64,000 nucleotides of DNA from a virus (Duplodnaviria > Heunggongvirae > Uroviricota > Caudoviricetes). The position numbers were made by a program, and so were the translations under genes. The notes beneath the pieces were generated by a model. That model made no database searches and was not told the DNA's origin. It saw only the letters and a program-made list of their open reading frames with translations. Of this stretch, positions 18,289 to 27,276 are shown piece after piece. The DNA lies in IMG/VR virus record IMGVR_UViG_3300032155_000026, positions 12,916 through 76,915 of that record; one strand, 5' to 3'. Each line of letters begins with the position of its first letter. The first letter of the stretch is position 1.

Positions 18289-19385
18289 GAGTGCCGTTGT
18301 TCAGGTTGCAGATCGGGGCAAGAACGGAGAAGCTGCTGTTCGACGCCTTCCATTCAGGGAAATGGAGCAACACGGCGATAGAGCACGCTCCCCAGCTCGA
18401 GGCGTGGTGGGCCGCGCAGTGCCAGGCGCCATTCGCGCTTTCGACGAACTCTGGGACCGCGGCCGTGCGCGCCGCGCTGTTCGGAGTAGCTGGGCGTCGT
18501 GGCGGCATGGCGCTGACCACGACCTACTCATGCAGCGCGAACCTCACGCCGCTGCTGGAGATGGGGCTGGTGCCAGCCTGGTGCGACGTTGACCTGCAGT
18601 CGTTCGGAATGACCGGCGGGGCTGTGTTCGAGCGGCTGTCCGAGGGGCCGACGCCGGTGTGCTGCGTCCTCGTGCACATGTATGGGCAGCTGGCCAGGGA
18701 TACCGAAGACATCGTCGGGCTGTGCCGCGAGAAGGGCGTGGTCGTGATCCACGACCTGTCCGAGTGCGTCGGCATGGATGTGGCCAGTTTGGACGGTGAC
18801 GTGTTCATTGCGTCTGTCCGTACGGAGAAGATGCTTGGGGCCGGCGAGGGAGGCCTCGTCGCCTTCCGGAATTTCGACCATTACCGGGCCGCGAAGACGT
18901 TCGTGTGGCGGGGCAAGCCGTCCACGCTGAACTACTGGGTGACGTCCTACGGGGACAACGTCGCCATGACGAACCTGACGGCAGCAATAGCCCTGGGGCA
19001 GATTGACGTGCTGGAAGCCCAGGTCGAAGGCAAGCGACGCGTGGCCGAGATGTACCGCAGCAGCCGACTGGCGCAGTTCGGCGACTTTCAGAAGGTGGGG
19101 GCCGAAGACGTGGCCTGGCTGAACGCGCTGCTGCTGCAGTCAGAAATTGGGCTCACGCCGCAGGATCTCGCCAAGGCCCTCGCTGCGAAGGGGGTGGAGA
19201 CCCGGCCCGCGTTCACGCCGCTGCCGACCGTGCACAGGCTGCAGACTGGCAGCACCCGGTCGGCTGCGTGCGCCGCAGCCAGAGAGATTTTTGAGCGCTG
19301 TCTGATTTTGCCGTCACCGGCGGACCTGACGGCCGAGGAGCTCGAATACGTTGTGGGGTCAATAGAGGAGGTCATGGGACGATGA
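18285..19385 (+). CDS. DegT/DnrJ/EryC1/StrS-family PLP-dependent sugar aminotransferase
   Basis: 366-aa ORF with characteristic N-terminal region and aminotransferase fold signatures. Confidence 0.75.
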   Translation: MRVPLFRLQIGARTEKLLFDAFHSGKWSNTAIEHAPQLEAWWAAQCQAPFALSTNSGTAAVRAALFGVAGRRGGMALTTTYSCSANLTPLLEMGLVPAWCDVDLQSFGMTGGAVFERLSEGPTPVCCVLVHMYGQLARDTEDIVGLCREKGVVVIHDLSECVGMDVASLDGDVFIASVRTEKMLGAGEGGLVAFRNFDHYRAAKTFVWRGKPSTLNYWVTSYGDNVAMTNLTAAIALGQIDVLEAQVEGKRRVAEMYRSSRLAQFGDFQKVGAEDVAWLNALLLQSEIGLTPQDLAKALAAKGVETRPAFTPLPTVHRLQTGSTRSAACAAAREIFERCLILPSPADLTAEELEYVVGSIEEVMGR

Positions 19386-20395
19386 AGAGGGTTCTGATCA
19401 CTGGAGTCAAGGGAATGGCCGGGTCGCACCTGGCCGACTTTCTGGTGGGTGCGAAGCACCGCGAGTGCTTCACCGGAGAGGAGTGTCACTACAAGGTGTT
19501 CGGCAACGATCTACCTGACCGGCCGTGGGATGACAACATCGCCGGGAACAAAGAGCTTGTCTACCAGGACGTGGACATCCGAGACAGGGAAGCCGTGCAC
19601 GCGCTCATGCAGGAGGTGGCCCCGGACTGGGTCTTCCACCTGGCCGCGGAAGCCTTCGTGCCGGACAGCTGGGAGCGACCCCAGGACGTGCTGGAGACCA
19701 ACGTGGTGGGCACGGCGAACGTCCTCGAAGCTGCCCGTCTCCTGCCGAAGAAGCCGATCGTCCAGATCGCGTGCACGAGCGAGGAGTACGGGCTCGTGTA
19801 CCCGGAGGAGACGCCGGTGAATCCGAAGACGCAGCCGTTCCGGCCGATGTCGCCGTACGGGGTGTCCAAGGTGTCCTCTGAACTGCTCGGCGCCCAGTAC
19901 ACGCGCAGTTACGGGCTGGCCACAGTGCTGACCCGGACGTTCAACCACACAGGGCCCAGGCAGAATGACCAGTACGTCACGTCCTCGTTCTGCAAGCAGG
20001 CGTTGCTGGTGGCGGCCGGGCGGCAGGAGGCGGTCCTCCACGGTGATCTGTCCTCTGTGCGCGACTTCACCGACGTGCGGGACATCTGCCGCGCCTACGT
20101 CGAGGCCGTACGCTGGGTGGAGAAGACTGGCGTGGGCGGGCGCGTCTTCCAGATCGGCGGCGCGGACATCCTGTCCGCCGGAACGCTGCTGAAGGCCGTG
20201 TGCAAGAAGACCGGCCTGCTGTTCGGGGTGCACACGAAGCCGGTCCGCGAGCGTATGCGCCCAAGCGACGTCCCGTTGCTGAGCTGCGACAGCTCTGAGT
20301 TCTCCGAGATGACCGGGTGGCAGCCGCTCATCGGTTACAACGAGACGATCGACGACGTCCTGTCCTACTGGCGGGAGAGGTTGGGGCTGTCATGA
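19382..20395 (+). CDS. NDP-sugar 4,6-dehydratase/epimerase (GDP-mannose 4,6-dehydratase-like SDR)
   Basis: ITGVKGMAGSHL Rossmann, TSEEYG, YxxxK (SPYGVSKVSSELL), NHTGPRQN. Confidence 0.8.
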   Translation: MKRVLITGVKGMAGSHLADFLVGAKHRECFTGEECHYKVFGNDLPDRPWDDNIAGNKELVYQDVDIRDREAVHALMQEVAPDWVFHLAAEAFVPDSWERPQDVLETNVVGTANVLEAARLLPKKPIVQIACTSEEYGLVYPEETPVNPKTQPFRPMSPYGVSKVSSELLGAQYTRSYGLATVLTRTFNHTGPRQNDQYVTSSFCKQALLVAAGRQEAVLHGDLSSVRDFTDVRDICRAYVEAVRWVEKTGVGGRVFQIGGADILSAGTLLKAVCKKTGLLFGVHTKPVRERMRPSDVPLLSCDSSEFSEMTGWQPLIGYNETIDDVLSYWRERLGLS

Positions 20396-20613
20396 TCTTC
20401 GCGAGCGACGATTCCGAGAGTTACTGGTGCCCCATGGTTAGGTGCGGCCCTGGCCATTCCAGCAACCGGGAGGTTGGGGAGAAGGCCCCGAGGTACGCGG
20501 CCTGTGTCGGGAGCAGCTGCGCGTGTTGGCGGTGGATGCCCTCGAGCAACCTGGTGGGCTTCTGCGGGCTGGCGGGCATTCCCATGAACGAAGACGCTGA
20601 GAAGGAGAGATAG
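20392..20613 (+). CDS. small Cys-rich hypothetical protein
   Basis: ATGA overlap with the upstream stop. CPMVRCGP...CVGSSCACWRW. Confidence 0.35.
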   Translation: MIFASDDSESYWCPMVRCGPGHSSNREVGEKAPRYAACVGSSCACWRWMPSSNLVGFCGLAGIPMNEDAEKER

Positions 20614-20616
20614 GTC

Positions 20617-21303
20617 ATGAAGCTGAAATTCCACGGCGAGGAGCTGATCGCCGAGATGCGCAAGATGCTGGTTAATGGTCGGGTGGAGCCCCGGCTCATG
20701 GCCGAGCAGTATCTGTTCCAGCTGCCCGACAAGGTGTTGGCCGACGTGTTCATCATGGAGCACGTGAAGAAGGCGGCGCGGTCGAAGATCCTGCAGGAAG
20801 TCGTCCTGCCGGCAGCCCGGCTGGTCAGCCCATGGTTGGCTGGCGCTGACCCCGTGAGGGTGGCCCAGGTTCTCGAGGCCTTCCTGGATGCGACGGCTGA
20901 GCTGATCGAGTTCGACAAGCCCGAGGATGACGAAGTCGTTCCTGAGAAGCCTGCGTCTCGTGGGCTTCAGGATCTGGATCTCGGGGCGGCGTACCGGGAT
21001 CTGTACGACCGCCGCAGCCGTCTGGTGACCAAGCTGGAGGACGACAACAAGAACGCTCCGCTGATCGTCTACTTCGACAAGATGGACAAGGCGCTGGCCG
21101 GCGTCCAGTCCACGCTGGATTCGATCACGAAGTACCGGCAGGCGTGCGGAGAGCTCGGCGCCAGCAAGGTGGATGTCACCCACCGCTTCGAGTCCGCGAC
21201 GCAGGCCCTGCTGGGCGAGGATGACGACTCCAGGTCTGCCATGCATGACGTGGCGATGGAGTTCGTCGAGTTTCTGGAGAAGCTGGACGGTCACAGGAAG
21301 TAA
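20617..21303 (+). CDS. hypothetical protein
   Basis: 228-aa ORF with K/E/D-rich protein-like composition. The antisense 370-aa ORF is rejected. Confidence 0.55.
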   Translation: MKLKFHGEELIAEMRKMLVNGRVEPRLMAEQYLFQLPDKVLADVFIMEHVKKAARSKILQEVVLPAARLVSPWLAGADPVRVAQVLEAFLDATAELIEFDKPEDDEVVPEKPASRGLQDLDLGAAYRDLYDRRSRLVTKLEDDNKNAPLIVYFDKMDKALAGVQSTLDSITKYRQACGELGASKVDVTHRFESATQALLGEDDDSRSAMHDVAMEFVEFLEKLDGHRK

Positions 21304-21318
21304 CCGGAGGTGGGTGCC

Positions 21319-21450
21319 GTGCGCGATGGAGTCCTGGCCGGAATTGTGGACGTTTGCAAAGGCCTCCTGGTGGTCGGGCTGGTGTCTGGCGTCTTCATCA
21401 CCGCTGCCGCCGCCGCGCTGGTTTGGGTGTGCTTGTGGATGTCCCAGTAG
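21319..21450 (+). CDS. small hydrophobic membrane peptide (43 aa)
   Basis: GTG after GGAGGTGGG. One predicted TM segment. Confidence 0.25.
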   Translation: MRDGVLAGIVDVCKGLLVVGLVSGVFITAAAAALVWVCLWMSQ

Positions 21451-21475
21451 CCGAAGGAATCGGGTGGGGTGCAGC

Positions 21476-21850
21476 ATGAGAATCTATCTGGCGTGTCCGT
21501 ATAGTGACCCCGAGGAGGCAGTCCGGGGGAGGCGTTTCGTGCAGGTGTCGATGTGTGCTGCTCAGCTGATGCAGGAGGGGCACAACGTCTTCTCGCCGAT
21601 CACGCACTCGCATTTCATCGCCCAGCTGGGAGACCTCCCGCAGAAGTGGGATTTCTGGCGGCAGATCGACTTCGAGTACATCGAGCGGTTTGCCGAGGAA
21701 GTCTGGGTGCTGATGCTCCCCGGCTGGGAGAAGAGCGTGGGTGTTCGAGCCGAGACGTCTTACGCAGAAGAGCTGGGGATCCCCGTGAAGTTCCTGGACC
21801 CAGAGGCCTTCACGCTGGAATGGCCCGAGCCTGAAGACGACGTTTACTAG
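21476..21850 (+). CDS. nucleoside 2-deoxyribosyltransferase-like (Ndt/DUF1937 superfamily) protein
   Basis: MRIYLACPYS N-terminal signature of the Ndt-like fold. Confidence 0.5.
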   Translation: MRIYLACPYSDPEEAVRGRRFVQVSMCAAQLMQEGHNVFSPITHSHFIAQLGDLPQKWDFWRQIDFEYIERFAEEVWVLMLPGWEKSVGVRAETSYAEELGIPVKFLDPEAFTLEWPEPEDDVY

Positions 21851-21861
21851 GTAGAGGTCTC

Positions 21862-24006
21862 ATGCGTTCAGCCGCAAAAAAGTGGGGGGAGTCCGCGTGC
21901 TCCCCCGCCCTTTCTCCAAGCCGAAAGAGCGGCGAAGAGGCAGAGAGAACGATCCCTCTGAACGCTGCCATAGAGAAGGCGTTGGAGCTTTTGAGCAGGG
22001 CAGGGTTTTCTGAAAAATCAAAGGTTGCCCGCGCTTATGTCGAGCTCCTGAAACTGACCGTGGGCAAGTCCGGGGCCCCCTCAGATAAAGTACCGATATC
22101 GTTGATAAAGCATAGTTTCCAGAATTTGGCAGGCATGTTGATCTCTGGAGACTGGCGGATGCTCTTCCAGCCGAGAGGTCGGAAGGACATGAAGATCGTC
22201 GACGTGGAGGAGTTCGCACGCTCGGCGCAGTACCTGGGGCTGGGTGGTGCTGTCTGGCCAGGAGTCATGGACGACCTGTGGCAGATCTTCCACGGAGAGC
22301 ATTCGGACGAGATCATCGAAGTGGTCCTGGGCGGCGGTATCGGTTGCGGCAAGACGCACTCGGCCCAGATAGGGCTGGCGTACCAGACGTACCTGCTGTC
22401 GACGTACCACTGTCCGCAGTTGGAGTTCGGGCTGGCTCCCGGAACGCCGATCGATCTGGTGATCCAGTCCGTCGACCTGAGCAAGGCACGCAAGGTGGGC
22501 TTCGAGGCGTTGCGCACGTGGATGACGAAGAGCCCGTACTTCGCGAAGAACTTCCCCCCGGTGGAGGGGCTGGTGAACGTCCTCCGGATGCCCAACTCGA
22601 TCACGATCTTGCCGGTGTCGTCCTCGGATACGGCGGCGCTCGGCATGAACGTGTGGGGTGGGTTGGTCGACGAAATCTCGTTCATGCAGCGTACGGCCAA
22701 TTCGTCCCGCGCCAGGTTCACCGGGGAAGCGGAGTACGACCAGGCCGTCAAGATCTACACAACGATCATCCGGCGCATGCAGTCCCGTTTCAACAAGTGC
22801 GGCCGGGTGCCTGGGAAGCTCTTCCTGGCGGCGTCGGCGAACTACCCTGGTGACTTCGTAGACCGCAAGGTGAAAGAGGCGGCGTCGGACATTGCAGCCG
22901 GCCGGCGGTACACGACGTTCGTGACCATCCGAAGGGAGTGGGAGGTCAAGCCCCGCGGCGCGTTTTCGGAAGAGATGTTCCTGGTGGAGGTCGGTGACGA
23001 GGTCCGGCAGTCGCGCATCATCCAGAGCATGGAGGACGCGGTCGACCCAGACGCGGTGATTCCGGTCCCTGTGGATTTCCAGGACTCTTTCGAGAAGGAT
23101 CTGGAAGCGGCCATCCGGGACATCTGCGGCGTGGCCGTGGCTGGCACCAACACGTTCATCAAGCAGCGTGAGAAGTTGGCTGCCTGCTTCCAGAAGCACG
23201 TCGAGTATTACGACGGGCGTCAGCTCTTCGCCCCCGATTCCGTGGAGCTGTCCAAATACGATGGCCGCGTCGGCGACCTGCTGAACGAAGAGTTCCTGGA
23301 AGAGCTCCGGCAGTCCGGGCATCAATTCGTGGCGCACGTGGACTTGGCCCTGCGCCGAGACTCCTGCGGCATCGCCGTGTCACACGTGCCGGGATACCAG
23401 TTCGTCGGGAAGACGACCAACTGGGACCAGACGGAGAAGCGGTACGTGGAGGTTGCGGCCGGGGAGCAGCCGGTGTTCGTTGTAGACGGCGTGCTCGAAG
23501 TCGTCCCGCCCCTGGTCGACGAGATCGACCTGACCTTGGTGGGCGACCTGCTGACCGCGCTCGCGACCAGGCTCAATCTGGTGGGTGTGACCGCGGACTC
23601 GTTCGAGAGCACGGCCCTGCTGCAGCGGATGCGCAAGACCGTGAATGCTTTCGGGAAGAAGATCAAGGCGGCGGTGGTGTCCGTAGACGCCGAGCTGACC
23701 GGATACGCGACCGTGAGACAGGCCATTCGGGATGACCGGCTGTTGATGCCCAGGATCGAGAAGCTGCACCGCGAGTTGCGCGAACTGCAGATCGACCCGA
23801 AGAAGGCGAAGGTGGACCACCCGCCGACCGGCTCGAAGGACCTGGCCGACGCGGTGGCCGGGACGCTCCACGTGCTCGGAAACCTCCATCGCTCGCGTGG
23901 GAAGCTGCAAGCGGCGACGACTGCCACTGACGAGACCACCGGGCGTGTCTCGGTGATCCGACAGGAGTCGTCTAGCAGGCGTCGCTCCAGAAGGCGTCTG
24001 CTTTAG
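21862..24006 (+). CDS. terminase large subunit (ATPase plus nuclease)
   Basis: Walker A GGGIGCGKT, Walker B GLVDEISFM. C-terminal RNaseH-like Asp motifs (DLALRRDSCG, KDLADAVAGTL). About 130-aa N-terminal extension. Confidence 0.65.
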   Translation: MRSAAKKWGESACSPALSPSRKSGEEAERTIPLNAAIEKALELLSRAGFSEKSKVARAYVELLKLTVGKSGAPSDKVPISLIKHSFQNLAGMLISGDWRMLFQPRGRKDMKIVDVEEFARSAQYLGLGGAVWPGVMDDLWQIFHGEHSDEIIEVVLGGGIGCGKTHSAQIGLAYQTYLLSTYHCPQLEFGLAPGTPIDLVIQSVDLSKARKVGFEALRTWMTKSPYFAKNFPPVEGLVNVLRMPNSITILPVSSSDTAALGMNVWGGLVDEISFMQRTANSSRARFTGEAEYDQAVKIYTTIIRRMQSRFNKCGRVPGKLFLAASANYPGDFVDRKVKEAASDIAAGRRYTTFVTIRREWEVKPRGAFSEEMFLVEVGDEVRQSRIIQSMEDAVDPDAVIPVPVDFQDSFEKDLEAAIRDICGVAVAGTNTFIKQREKLAACFQKHVEYYDGRQLFAPDSVELSKYDGRVGDLLNEEFLEELRQSGHQFVAHVDLALRRDSCGIAVSHVPGYQFVGKTTNWDQTEKRYVEVAAGEQPVFVVDGVLEVVPPLVDEIDLTLVGDLLTALATRLNLVGVTADSFESTALLQRMRKTVNAFGKKIKAAVVSVDAELTGYATVRQAIRDDRLLMPRIEKLHRELRELQIDPKKAKVDHPPTGSKDLADAVAGTLHVLGNLHRSRGKLQAATTATDETTGRVSVIRQESSSRRRSRRRLL

Positions 24007-24154
24007 CGCTGACGACGTTTCTGTCGCCCGCCCCTCCCCTTCCCCAAGGGGCGGGTGAAAACGCAGCTGGGGCCATTCTGGAGCGCGTGGCGCCTATTTC
24101 CTTCTGGCTGACTGCCGAGGCTCCCACGCGTGGGTATTTGAGCGCCTACGCGTT

Positions 24155-24182
24155 TTGAGCCACCCTCCTTATCATCTATAAG
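24155..24182 (+). promoter_or_regulatory. sigma70-like promoter (TTGAGC-N16-TATAAG), family-c repeat
   Basis: Hexamers match. Shares GAGTTTTGAG/CCTTATCAT context with elements near 11.45k, 32.2k, 42.26k and 45.18k. Confidence 0.35.
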
Positions 24183-24293
24183 AGACCAGACGTTAGAGCG
24201 AAACGCCTTCGCAACCAAGGACTTATCGCCATTTTTGTGTGGTCTGGCTGACTGCGTGCGTTCAAAAAATCTCGATTTTGTGAGCTTTTATTG

Positions 24294-24321
24294 TTGACGC
24301 ACACGCGCCTTTTGGTACTCT
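24294..24321 (+). promoter_or_regulatory. promoter module A (TTGACG-N16-TACTCT), 6 nt before the conserved ATGGAAATAGTTCAACAAA start
   Basis: One of four homologous copies (26805, 32321, 47190). GATTTTG motif upstream. Confidence 0.55.
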
Positions 24322-24327
24322 CAACTC

Positions 24328-24531
24328 ATGGAAATAGTTCAACAAAATGGGGAGAACCAGATGGACCTTACCACCGCTTCCCGGATCATAGGCCTGCCCC
24401 ACCCGTTCCTGGTGGATGACGCCCGGAGAGCCCGGCTGAACCTGTACGCACAGAACATGCTGGACCGCCCGGCCAGGCGCACCCTCCGCGAGTTGGTGGC
24501 GCTGGACCTCTACATTTCCGCAACTTCCTAG
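24328..24531 (+). CDS. small hypothetical protein (MEIVQQ...), candidate leaderless start
   Basis: ATG at the predicted transcription start. Alternative SD-dependent start at 24361. Confidence 0.35.
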   Translation: MEIVQQNGENQMDLTTASRIIGLPHPFLVDDARRARLNLYAQNMLDRPARRTLRELVALDLYISATS

Positions 24532-24545
24532 AGGAGGCTGAGAGA

Positions 24546-24815
24546 GTGGCCGACAACCTGACAGAGATCGCTGACCAGCTGGAAGAGCTCTCCGCGGACG
24601 CGTACAACATCCTGAACCAGATGAGGGATTTGTTGAGGGGCGTTCCGGCTGACATCCGGCGCAGGGCCAAGGCGTACTGGCTGGCGCACATCGACTGCGC
24701 CCTGGAGAACAGGGACGGGTGCCTGGGGAAGTCGATGACCACCCTGGCTGACACGGTGGCCGAGCTCCGGGAGCTGCTGAAGGAGAGGGTGAATGATCAC
24801 CGCACGCGAGGCTGA
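24546..24815 (+). CDS. hypothetical protein
   Basis: GTG after GAGGAGG. Helical acidic protein. Confidence 0.45.
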   Translation: MADNLTEIADQLEELSADAYNILNQMRDLLRGVPADIRRRAKAYWLAHIDCALENRDGCLGKSMTTLADTVAELRELLKERVNDHRTRG

Positions 24816-25029
24816 CAGCTTTCTGCAGAGTGCCGCCTATGACATGGCGGATGGCGACGAGCGAGAGGCCGACCGCCTGTACAACGACATCGAGGTTATG
24901 GGCGACCTCCTCGCAACCAGAGTAGGGAGCGGCCGTGTCGCCGACGAGACCCTGCTGGTCCTGATGGAGAGTCGGGTCAGCCCAGTGGCCGAGGCGGCCG
25001 CGTACATTCTTGAACGCAGAACCGGGTAG
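24793..25029 (+). CDS. hypothetical protein
   Basis: ATG after GAGGG. Overlaps the upstream gene. Confidence 0.4.
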   Translation: MITAREADSFLQSAAYDMADGDEREADRLYNDIEVMGDLLATRVGSGRVADETLLVLMESRVSPVAEAAAYILERRTG

Positions 25030-25031
25030 TC

Positions 25032-25049
25032 GGTGCAATCGATTGCACC
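25032..25049. repeat. palindrome copy 7 (perfect)
   Basis: Intergenic between 25029 and 25065. Confidence 0.9.
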
Positions 25050-25064
25050 AGATAGGAGGAAGGC

Positions 25065-25268
25065 GTGAGTCAGGTGAGAAGGGTCCGCAGGTATGAGTAT
25101 GACTGCCAGGGGTTCGAGACCGGGCTGGCCGGCCTGCGGGAAGAGCGCCACGGGTGGTTGATGCGGACCGACGAGGTCGAGGAGTTGCTCCTGGCCGTAG
25201 TTAACGGAGAGATGTCCGCGGCAGACGCCCTGCTGGCGGTGCGGGACACGAGGAGGGCCGTGCGATGA
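25065..25268 (+). CDS. hypothetical protein
   Basis: GTG after GGAGGAAGG. Confidence 0.4.
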   Translation: MSQVRRVRRYEYDCQGFETGLAGLREERHGWLMRTDEVEELLLAVVNGEMSAADALLAVRDTRRAVR

Positions 25269-25561
25269 AGATCGATCTGAAGGACGTCAGCCTGCCGTGG
25301 CAGGTGAAGGGTTCGAACTACGCCTTTGTCCGCCTGGGTCCGCTTGGTAAACTGGTGGTGAAGGAATGCATCCGTATCCGTGGTGAGGAGCCCGTGTTCC
25401 AGATGTGGGTGTTCGGCGAGGAGCTGAAGATCAAGGCGAGCAGCGGGTTCAAGGTCGCGTCTCTGGGAGACGGGATGCGCGTGGCCGAGGCGTCTGCGCG
25501 TGCGGGGATCAAGGAGGCCTACCGGATCGTGATGGAAGAGTTCCCCGAACCGCTGGACTGA
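25265..25561 (+). CDS. hypothetical protein
   Basis: ATGA overlap with the upstream gene. Confidence 0.45.
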   Translation: MKIDLKDVSLPWQVKGSNYAFVRLGPLGKLVVKECIRIRGEEPVFQMWVFGEELKIKASSGFKVASLGDGMRVAEASARAGIKEAYRIVMEEFPEPLD

Positions 25562-25564
25562 CCG

Positions 25565-25951
25565 ATGGTTGAAAAATGGATTCGCCCTGGGCCGACCCTG
25601 GCTGGTTGTGAGACCGTCAGGGTGACCGACGACGTGCCGCCCGCTTGGCTCATTTGCAAGCGGGCGCTTCTGCCGAGCCGTGAGATGCTGCTGAGCTGGG
25701 GCGCGCTCATGATCTGCACCGAGGGGTACAGGTGTCCGAAGAGTGGTTACTGGGTCCCCGAGGGCAGCTTCAGGATGTTCGACGGCCGCGAGATCGGCCT
25801 GGTGACAGAGATGACCGTCGAACAGAGCGGGTTTCCGATCGTGCTCCTCTCCACCACGGTCCGGCGGGTCTTTCTGCGCGTGTCGTGGATCTGCGTGGTG
25901 GTCGACTGGACCGGCTACGGTTTCTGCTTCCCGAGGAGGTTGCGGCTGTGA
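25565..25951 (+). CDS. LPP-motif paralog family member P1
   Basis: ALLPSREMLLSWGALM motif. Ends PRRLRL*, encoded by AGGAGGTTGCGGCTGTGA. Confidence 0.5.
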   Translation: MVEKWIRPGPTLAGCETVRVTDDVPPAWLICKRALLPSREMLLSWGALMICTEGYRCPKSGYWVPEGSFRMFDGREIGLVTEMTVEQSGFPIVLLSTTVRRVFLRVSWICVVVDWTGYGFCFPRRLRL

Positions 25952-26166
25952 CGTACGTGCTCAACGGGAACCGCGTCCGGTTTTTGCAGGAGTCCGAATA
26001 CAGTGATTCACTGGTAGGGCAGGTGGTTCACCTGCCGCCCATGGAGTTGCTGCGGGATACAGACCGGCTGCGTGTTGGGCGGGCTGGTCGTGTCTGGCCT
26101 GTCCGGTTACCGGGATTCTTGTTGTTGAGCGCATGTTCGTTTTCTTTGACGGTCGCGGAACGGTAG
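25948..26166 (+). CDS. small hypothetical protein
   Basis: GTG overlapping the P1 stop (GTGA); junction RBS AGGAGG. Confidence 0.35.
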   Translation: MTYVLNGNRVRFLQESEYSDSLVGQVVHLPPMELLRDTDRLRVGRAGRVWPVRLPGFLLLSACSFSLTVAER

Positions 26167-26366
26167 TGACAGCCACCCGTAGTGCTGGCGACGAGGTGCG
26201 AGCCGTGCGCCTTGAAGGCTGCGATCCGTGGTGGTTCTCCTGCAGGTGGTTGATGTTGAGAGCCTTGGCGATTCGAGTACAACCGCTAGACGTTGTGCCG
26301 GAGGGCCCGGTGGTGGCACCGGCGATTGAAATCGTGACTGAACCGGTCAGGAGGTTGCGTCTGTGA
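26133..26366 (+). CDS. small hypothetical protein ending VRRLRL
   Basis: Track ORF. 3' end AGGAGGTTGCGTCTGTGA identical in form to the 25934..25951 junction. Confidence 0.35.
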   Translation: MFVFFDGRGTVVTATRSAGDEVRAVRLEGCDPWWFSCRWLMLRALAIRVQPLDVVPEGPVVAPAIEIVTEPVRRLRL

Positions 26367-26776
26367 TTCGGACGGCCGCGTGCAAGCCCTCGGTGCAGTT
26401 TGTCACCAGAGAGTGGAAGGGCGTCGTCTACCACATGCTGGGGCCCAGAGGCACGGATGACAGGCGTTATATCAAGCTGCGCTGCTGGGTGCTGCCCCCG
26501 GTCGAGGCTCTGCTGTCCTGGGGGCTGGTGGTTAAGGCTGATGCGCCGCAGGCCGCCCTGACAGACTACGCTGTCGCTGAATCGCAGAGATGCTTGATCG
26601 TGCGAAACATGCTGCCGCTGTTTGACGGGAAGACACCGCGTGCGCTGCGAACAGTCGCGTCCTGGTCGTGCACGCTGCGCGGGAACGGGCTGGAGTCGCT
26701 GGTGGTCGAGTTGGCCTGGCTAGCCCGCGCGGCGCTCAGGCAACCGGTGCAGGCCTGCCGACGCTTACGCGTCTAA
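26363..26776 (+). CDS. LPP-motif paralog family member P2
   Basis: WVLPPVEALLSWGLVV motif. Ends CRRLRV*. Confidence 0.5.
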   Translation: MIRTAACKPSVQFVTREWKGVVYHMLGPRGTDDRRYIKLRCWVLPPVEALLSWGLVVKADAPQAALTDYAVAESQRCLIVRNMLPLFDGKTPRALRTVASWSCTLRGNGLESLVVELAWLARAALRQPVQACRRLRV

Positions 26777-26804
26777 TTATTTCTGATTTTAGAGACTTTT
26801 CGTG

Positions 26805-26832
26805 TTGTCGCCTGCGCGCCTTCTGCTATTAT
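26805..26832 (+). promoter_or_regulatory. promoter module B (TTGTCG-N16-TATTAT), 6 nt before conserved ATGGAAATAGTTCAACAAA
   Basis: Homologous to module A, including the upstream GATTTTAGAG. Confidence 0.5.
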
Positions 26833-26838
26833 CAAGGC

Positions 26839-26994
26839 ATGGAAATAGTTCAACAAAAGGAGCAGGCAATGACCGCCAACGTATGGGATTCCGTGGAAGA
26901 GTTCTTCGACGATCGTGGGTTCGACTTCGACTCCATTGAGGACGCCCGCGACCTGTTCGGGGATGCGGCTGTGCGTGCCTACCTGGAGGCCTAG
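26839..26994 (+). CDS. small acidic protein (MEIVQQ... or SD-dependent MTANVWD from 26869)
   Basis: Conserved ATG 26839 is in frame with the AAAGGAGC-ATG 26869 start. Confidence 0.4.
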   Translation: MEIVQQKEQAMTANVWDSVEEFFDDRGFDFDSIEDARDLFGDAAVRAYLEA

Positions 26995-27276
26995 ATGAGC
27001 GTCCGGGAAGGGAGAGTCCGGGTGGCGGTCGTTTCCGCCAGCAAGCTCGGCTCGGCGTGCTGGAGCGCGCTCCGGGCAGTCGGTGGGTGCCACCAATGCG
27101 ACAGAGTCAGGGGCTGCGCCCTTCCGGAGGCCGTCCGTGGCCGGCTGCTGTTGGCAGAGCGTGCCTTCGACAGGCATCTGGAAGAGAGCGAACGCAAGCG
27201 TGTTCGACTGGCCGCTGAGTTGGCGTCTGCCAAAGAGGCCGTGGGAGGGCTGAGCGATGACCGTGGACAGATTTGA
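26995..27276 (+). CDS. hypothetical protein
   Basis: ATGA overlap with the upstream stop. Confidence 0.4.
   Translation: MSVREGRVRVAVVSASKLGSACWSALRAVGGCHQCDRVRGCALPEAVRGRLLLAERAFDRHLEESERKRVRLAAELASAKEAVGGLSDDRGQI

Noticed and set aside
20365-21477. 370-aa minus-strand ORF antisense to 20617..21303 and neighbours
   Set aside because: Arg/Leu/His/Gln-rich composition typical of antisense GC-rich coding sequence. The + strand ORF has protein-like K/E/D composition and an RBS. Same reasoning rejects the other long minus ORFs (36229..37464, 49303..50589, 51030..53105, 56131..58668, 60447..62462).
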